Shown: positions 60,842 to 64,000 of the stretch, piece after piece | Layout of the letters: each line of letters starts with the position of its first letter | Position numbering within the stretch: the first letter of the stretch is position 1 | Source of the DNA: Promethearchaeota archaeon | GTDB lineage: Archaea > Asgardarchaeota > Lokiarchaeia > Sigyniarchaeales > SOKP01 | Length of the DNA stretch: 64,000 nt | Direction of reading: 5' to 3' | Assembly: GCA_048938855.1 (NCBI GenBank) | Contig: JBHLLT010000015.1 | Span: forward strand, 1 to 64,000 | Translations under genes and position numbers: made by a program | Notes under the pieces: model-generated | What the model was told of the DNA's origin: nothing | Database searches by the model: none | What the model saw: the letters and a program-made list of their open reading frames with translations, nothing else

Positions 60842-61615
60842 ATGTCATATCCTAACTTTCCAAATAAATATCAGGAGAAATCTTTATCAACTGCTAAAAG
60901 ATTTTGGAACTATAAAAGAAAAATAGGGAGAACTCCTAAGATTGAGCCTCCTAAAGGTGTTATTATTTGTTATTCCACCCGACTTCTTAACTATATAATA
61001 GAAAATCATTCAGCGGAAAAAGTTGATTTTGTTTTTGGAGATTCTTTCTACCTTTTAGAGGAGGAGGGTCAACAATTAGGAGTATGTGGTGGTTTTGGAA
61101 TTGGTGCTCCTATTGTTGGAATTATACTGGAGGAGCTAACTGAATTTGGTGTAAAATCGTTTTTATCAATAGGAACAGCAGGTGCTCTCCAAAAAGAATT
61201 AAAATTGGGAAGTTTAGTAATCTGTGATAGAGCAATCCGCGATGAGGGTACATCGCATCACTACTTAGAAGTTGAAAAGTATTCATATGCATCAAAAAAA
61301 ATAACTAAAAAACTATGTGAAGTTATGAAAAAATTACATCTAGAGTACACTATTGGAACTACTTGGACTATTGATGCCCCCTATCGGGAAACTTTCTCTG
61401 AGATTGCTAGGTATAAACAAGAGCATGTTTTAACTGTTGATATGGAAGCTGCGGCTTTCTTCGCTGTAGCACAATATTTAGGTGTAGATGCTGGAGTAAT
61501 ATTTACAATAAGTGATTATTTAAGTGAGGATGATTGGGAATTACACTTTCATTTAACTGAAGAATTTTTGCATAAATTATTTCTTATAGCAAAAGAAACC
61601 ATAAATTCTCTTTAA
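60842..61615 (+). CDS. Nucleoside phosphorylase (PNP/UDP family 1)
   Basis: GIGAP, IGTAG, AIRDEGTS.HY, WT.DAPYRET, VDMEAA. Confidence 0.9.
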   Translation: MSYPNFPNKYQEKSLSTAKRFWNYKRKIGRTPKIEPPKGVIICYSTRLLNYIIENHSAEKVDFVFGDSFYLLEEEGQQLGVCGGFGIGAPIVGIILEELTEFGVKSFLSIGTAGALQKELKLGSLVICDRAIRDEGTSHHYLEVEKYSYASKKITKKLCEVMKKLHLEYTIGTTWTIDAPYRETFSEIARYKQEHVLTVDMEAAAFFAVAQYLGVDAGVIFTISDYLSEDDWELHFHLTEEFLHKLFLIAKETINSL

Positions 61616-61654
61616 TATTTAATTATAACCTAAAATAAAATTATGTGATTTTAA

Positions 61655-62515
61655 ATGAAGTTTGAAACAATTAAATTTAATCTAAGAGAAGATGGGATAG
61701 GTTTATTAACCTTAAATAGACCAGATAAATTAAATGCTTTGAATTTTCAAATGATCGAAGATTTGCACTCATTACTTGACCATTTAATGGTAAATCTAGA
61801 TTGTCGTGTTCTTATTCTAAAGGCAGCAGGAAAGGTTTTTTGTGCAGGTTTGGATCTCAAAGAATCTACTGTACTTCAATCCAAAAAAAAGCCTGAGGAA
61901 CTAAAAGAGAAATTTTTCTTCATGAGGGCTCCAGATAAAGATACTATTAAAGCAAAAATATATGCACAAGCTCGTGCTAGTCAAATAATTGTCAAAATGA
62001 GAAAAATAAGTCAGCCTATTATTACCATTATACAAGGACCAGCTACAGGAGCGGGATTTACATTGACTTTAGCGGCAGACATAAGAATTGCAGGTGAAAA
62101 TGCCAAATTGGCGAACTCATTTATCAATGTTGGTTTTTCTGGTGCAGATTTAGCAAGTAGTTATCACTTACCTCGTTTAATAGGTATGTCTCGTGCTGCT
62201 GAGATACTTTATACTGGACGCTTTATTGAAGCTAAAGAAGCTGAAAAAATAGGACTGATTTTTAAAGTAGTAGAAGGTGATGAAATTAAATTACTTGAAG
62301 CTGCTATAGAAATTGCTGAAAATCTTCTTTCTAAAAGTCCACTAGGGCTACGAATGACCAAAGAAGCAATTAATATTTCACTTGATTCACCAAGTTTAGA
62401 TACGATTATGCAAATAGAAAACCGAACACAGATGTTATGTTCAACATCGACAGATCTCTTAGAAGGTGTTAATGCTTTTTTTGAGAAAAGAAAACCTAAG
62501 TATCCAAAATCATGA
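61655..62515 (+). CDS. Enoyl-CoA hydratase/isomerase family protein
   Basis: LNRPDKLNAL, FCAGLDL, G.A.GAG..L.LA.D.R. Confidence 0.9.
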   Translation: MKFETIKFNLREDGIGLLTLNRPDKLNALNFQMIEDLHSLLDHLMVNLDCRVLILKAAGKVFCAGLDLKESTVLQSKKKPEELKEKFFFMRAPDKDTIKAKIYAQARASQIIVKMRKISQPIITIIQGPATGAGFTLTLAADIRIAGENAKLANSFINVGFSGADLASSYHLPRLIGMSRAAEILYTGRFIEAKEAEKIGLIFKVVEGDEIKLLEAAIEIAENLLSKSPLGLRMTKEAINISLDSPSLDTIMQIENRTQMLCSTSTDLLEGVNAFFEKRKPKYPKS

Positions 62516-62539
62516 ATAAATATATAGCTGTGAATTTAT

Positions 62540-63385
62540 ATGAAATACAAAACAATTAAATTTGAACTACAAGAAAATGGCATCGGAATTTTAACTTTAA
62601 ATAGGCCTGAAAAATTAAATGCGATTTCCTTTCAGATGGAAGAAGATCTTCATCTAATTTTTGATAATCTTATGACAAATATGGAATGCCGAGTATTAAT
62701 ATTTCGAGGAGAGGGAAGAGCATTTTCTGCAGGAACTGATTTACAAGAAGGTTTAATTCTCAATTCAAAGAAAACTCCGGAAGGATACGATAAATTTTAT
62801 TTCTTAAATGTATCCGAGCCAATAAAAAGAAAAATATATCACCAATGGCGTATAACACAAATTATTGTGAAAATGAGAAAAATTCCTCAACCTATTATTG
62901 CTGCTGTCCATGGTGCTGTAGCAGGAGGGGGACTAGGATTTGCTATGGCTTCTGATATTAGAATTGCTTGTGAAGATGTTAATTTTATTAATGCTTCCAT
63001 CAATATTGGATTAACGGGAGCAGATATGGGAAGTAGTTATTTCCTACCTCGTCTTATTAATCTTTCAAGAGCTACTGAAATAGTTTATAGCGGGAGAGGG
63101 GTTTCTGGGAGGGAAGCTGAAAAAATAGGATTTATCTTAAAAATTGTGGAACAGAAAGATCTATTAGATAATGCTATAGAATTAGCAGAACTATTGTTGA
63201 CTAAAAGCCCTTTAGGGTTGCGCATGACTAAAGAAGCTCTTAACTTATCACTCGATTCTCCAAGTCTAAATAACATGCTGCAATTTGAAAATAGTTCTAT
63301 TGTTTTGAGTTTCTCTTCTAAAGATGTAAATGAAGCTTCAAGTGCTTTTTTTGGAAAAAGAAAACCAAAATATCCCTTAAGATGA
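62540..63385 (+). CDS. Enoyl-CoA hydratase/isomerase family protein (tandem paralog)
   Basis: LNRPEKLNAI, FSAGTDL, HG...GGG. Confidence 0.9.
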   Translation: MKYKTIKFELQENGIGILTLNRPEKLNAISFQMEEDLHLIFDNLMTNMECRVLIFRGEGRAFSAGTDLQEGLILNSKKTPEGYDKFYFLNVSEPIKRKIYHQWRITQIIVKMRKIPQPIIAAVHGAVAGGGLGFAMASDIRIACEDVNFINASINIGLTGADMGSSYFLPRLINLSRATEIVYSGRGVSGREAEKIGFILKIVEQKDLLDNAIELAELLLTKSPLGLRMTKEALNLSLDSPSLNNMLQFENSSIVLSFSSKDVNEASSAFFGKRKPKYPLR

Positions 63386-63476
63386 TATTTTGAACACTAA
63401 TTTTTAAATTCTATAAAATTTATATATTGCCTTTTATTCATAGAATTTAATAAAAATTCAGTAGGTGAGACAAAAA

Positions 63477-64000
63477 ATTTCAGATATTTATGTCCCAATT
63501 GATTTTTCAGATCTTAAATCCGTGATCCCTCCAGGAGAAGACATTATATATAGTACATTATGTAAAGGCAGAGCAACTGTTATGAGTAAATGGGATGCTA
63601 GAAAGAATATTACAACTACTTGGGTTACACATGTTCTGTTTACTGAGAATGGTGTTGCATGGGTTAAACCTAATTATTGGAAGAAAAAGAAACCTTCCAC
63701 TCAAGAATATAATTCTCTAGTGGATATTGATTATGTTTTTTATGATAAGGTACCTAGTTTCAGGATAAGTCCTGCAAGAATATTTCTTGCAAGAGAAGTA
63801 AATTTTGAAACTAAAGAAAAATTTGTGGAACGATGTGAAGAGTTTTTACTTAAATTCGCACCACTAATAGTTCAGAAAAAAGAAGAATGGTTACAGCAAA
63901 ATGAAAATAATCCAGAGATTAGAGAAAAATATAAAAAAAGAGTTAGTAAGCATATAACGAAAATGAATAATCAATTGAGAGACGAGATGGTAAAAAGAGA
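63477..64000 (+). CDS. Hypothetical protein running off the window end (ATT start 63477 or GTG 63465)
   Basis: Open frame (I)SDIYVPIDFSDLKSVIPPGEDIIYSTLCK... with no stop up to 64000. Confidence 0.7.
   Translation, partial: MSDIYVPIDFSDLKSVIPPGEDIIYSTLCKGRATVMSKWDARKNITTTWVTHVLFTENGVAWVKPNYWKKKKPSTQEYNSLVDIDYVFYDKVPSFRISPARIFLAREVNFETKEKFVERCEEFLLKFAPLIVQKKEEWLQQNENNPEIREKYKKRVSKHITKMNNQLRDEMVKR

Noticed and set aside
124-63276. Numerous short antisense or overlapping ORFs in the track (e.g. 124-441, 1313-1624, 26251-26700, 50525-50812, 56878-57291)
   Set aside because: Shadows of well-supported genes on the opposite strand or in another frame.

Overview
AT-rich archaeal chromosomal window, most likely Asgard archaea (Lokiarchaeia). 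This assignment is inferred from the GGTGA/GGGGA Shine-Dalgarno motifs, oligo-T terminators, an IPGY-type C-terminal anchor and several eukaryote-like proteins (ubiquitin-like, OST3/6-like, CWH43-like, LRR, longin-like, AN1 zinc finger). Housekeeping content: feoA-feoA-feoB iron uptake, a maltodextrin cluster (malQ, malEFGK, GH57), a divergent fwdABD cluster, mrp, many transporters, tandem aminopeptidase/MFS genes, a glycyl radical enzyme and two enoyl-CoA hydratases. Best finding: an unannotated 70-codon membrane selenoprotein candidate (27745-27957, minus) with an in-frame UGA in a GSCG-U-GG loop, followed by a eukaryote-like AUGA/GA SECIS hairpin. Other highlights: a ~360-nt highly structured intergenic RNA candidate (35100-35462, minus), several genes that appear to start at ATT, a MalK with about four transmembrane helices inserted in its ATPase domain, and an operon carrying five TACACACT repeats, a 27-aa peptide and an RHH regulator. 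All calls come from reading the sequence; no searches or folding programs were run.
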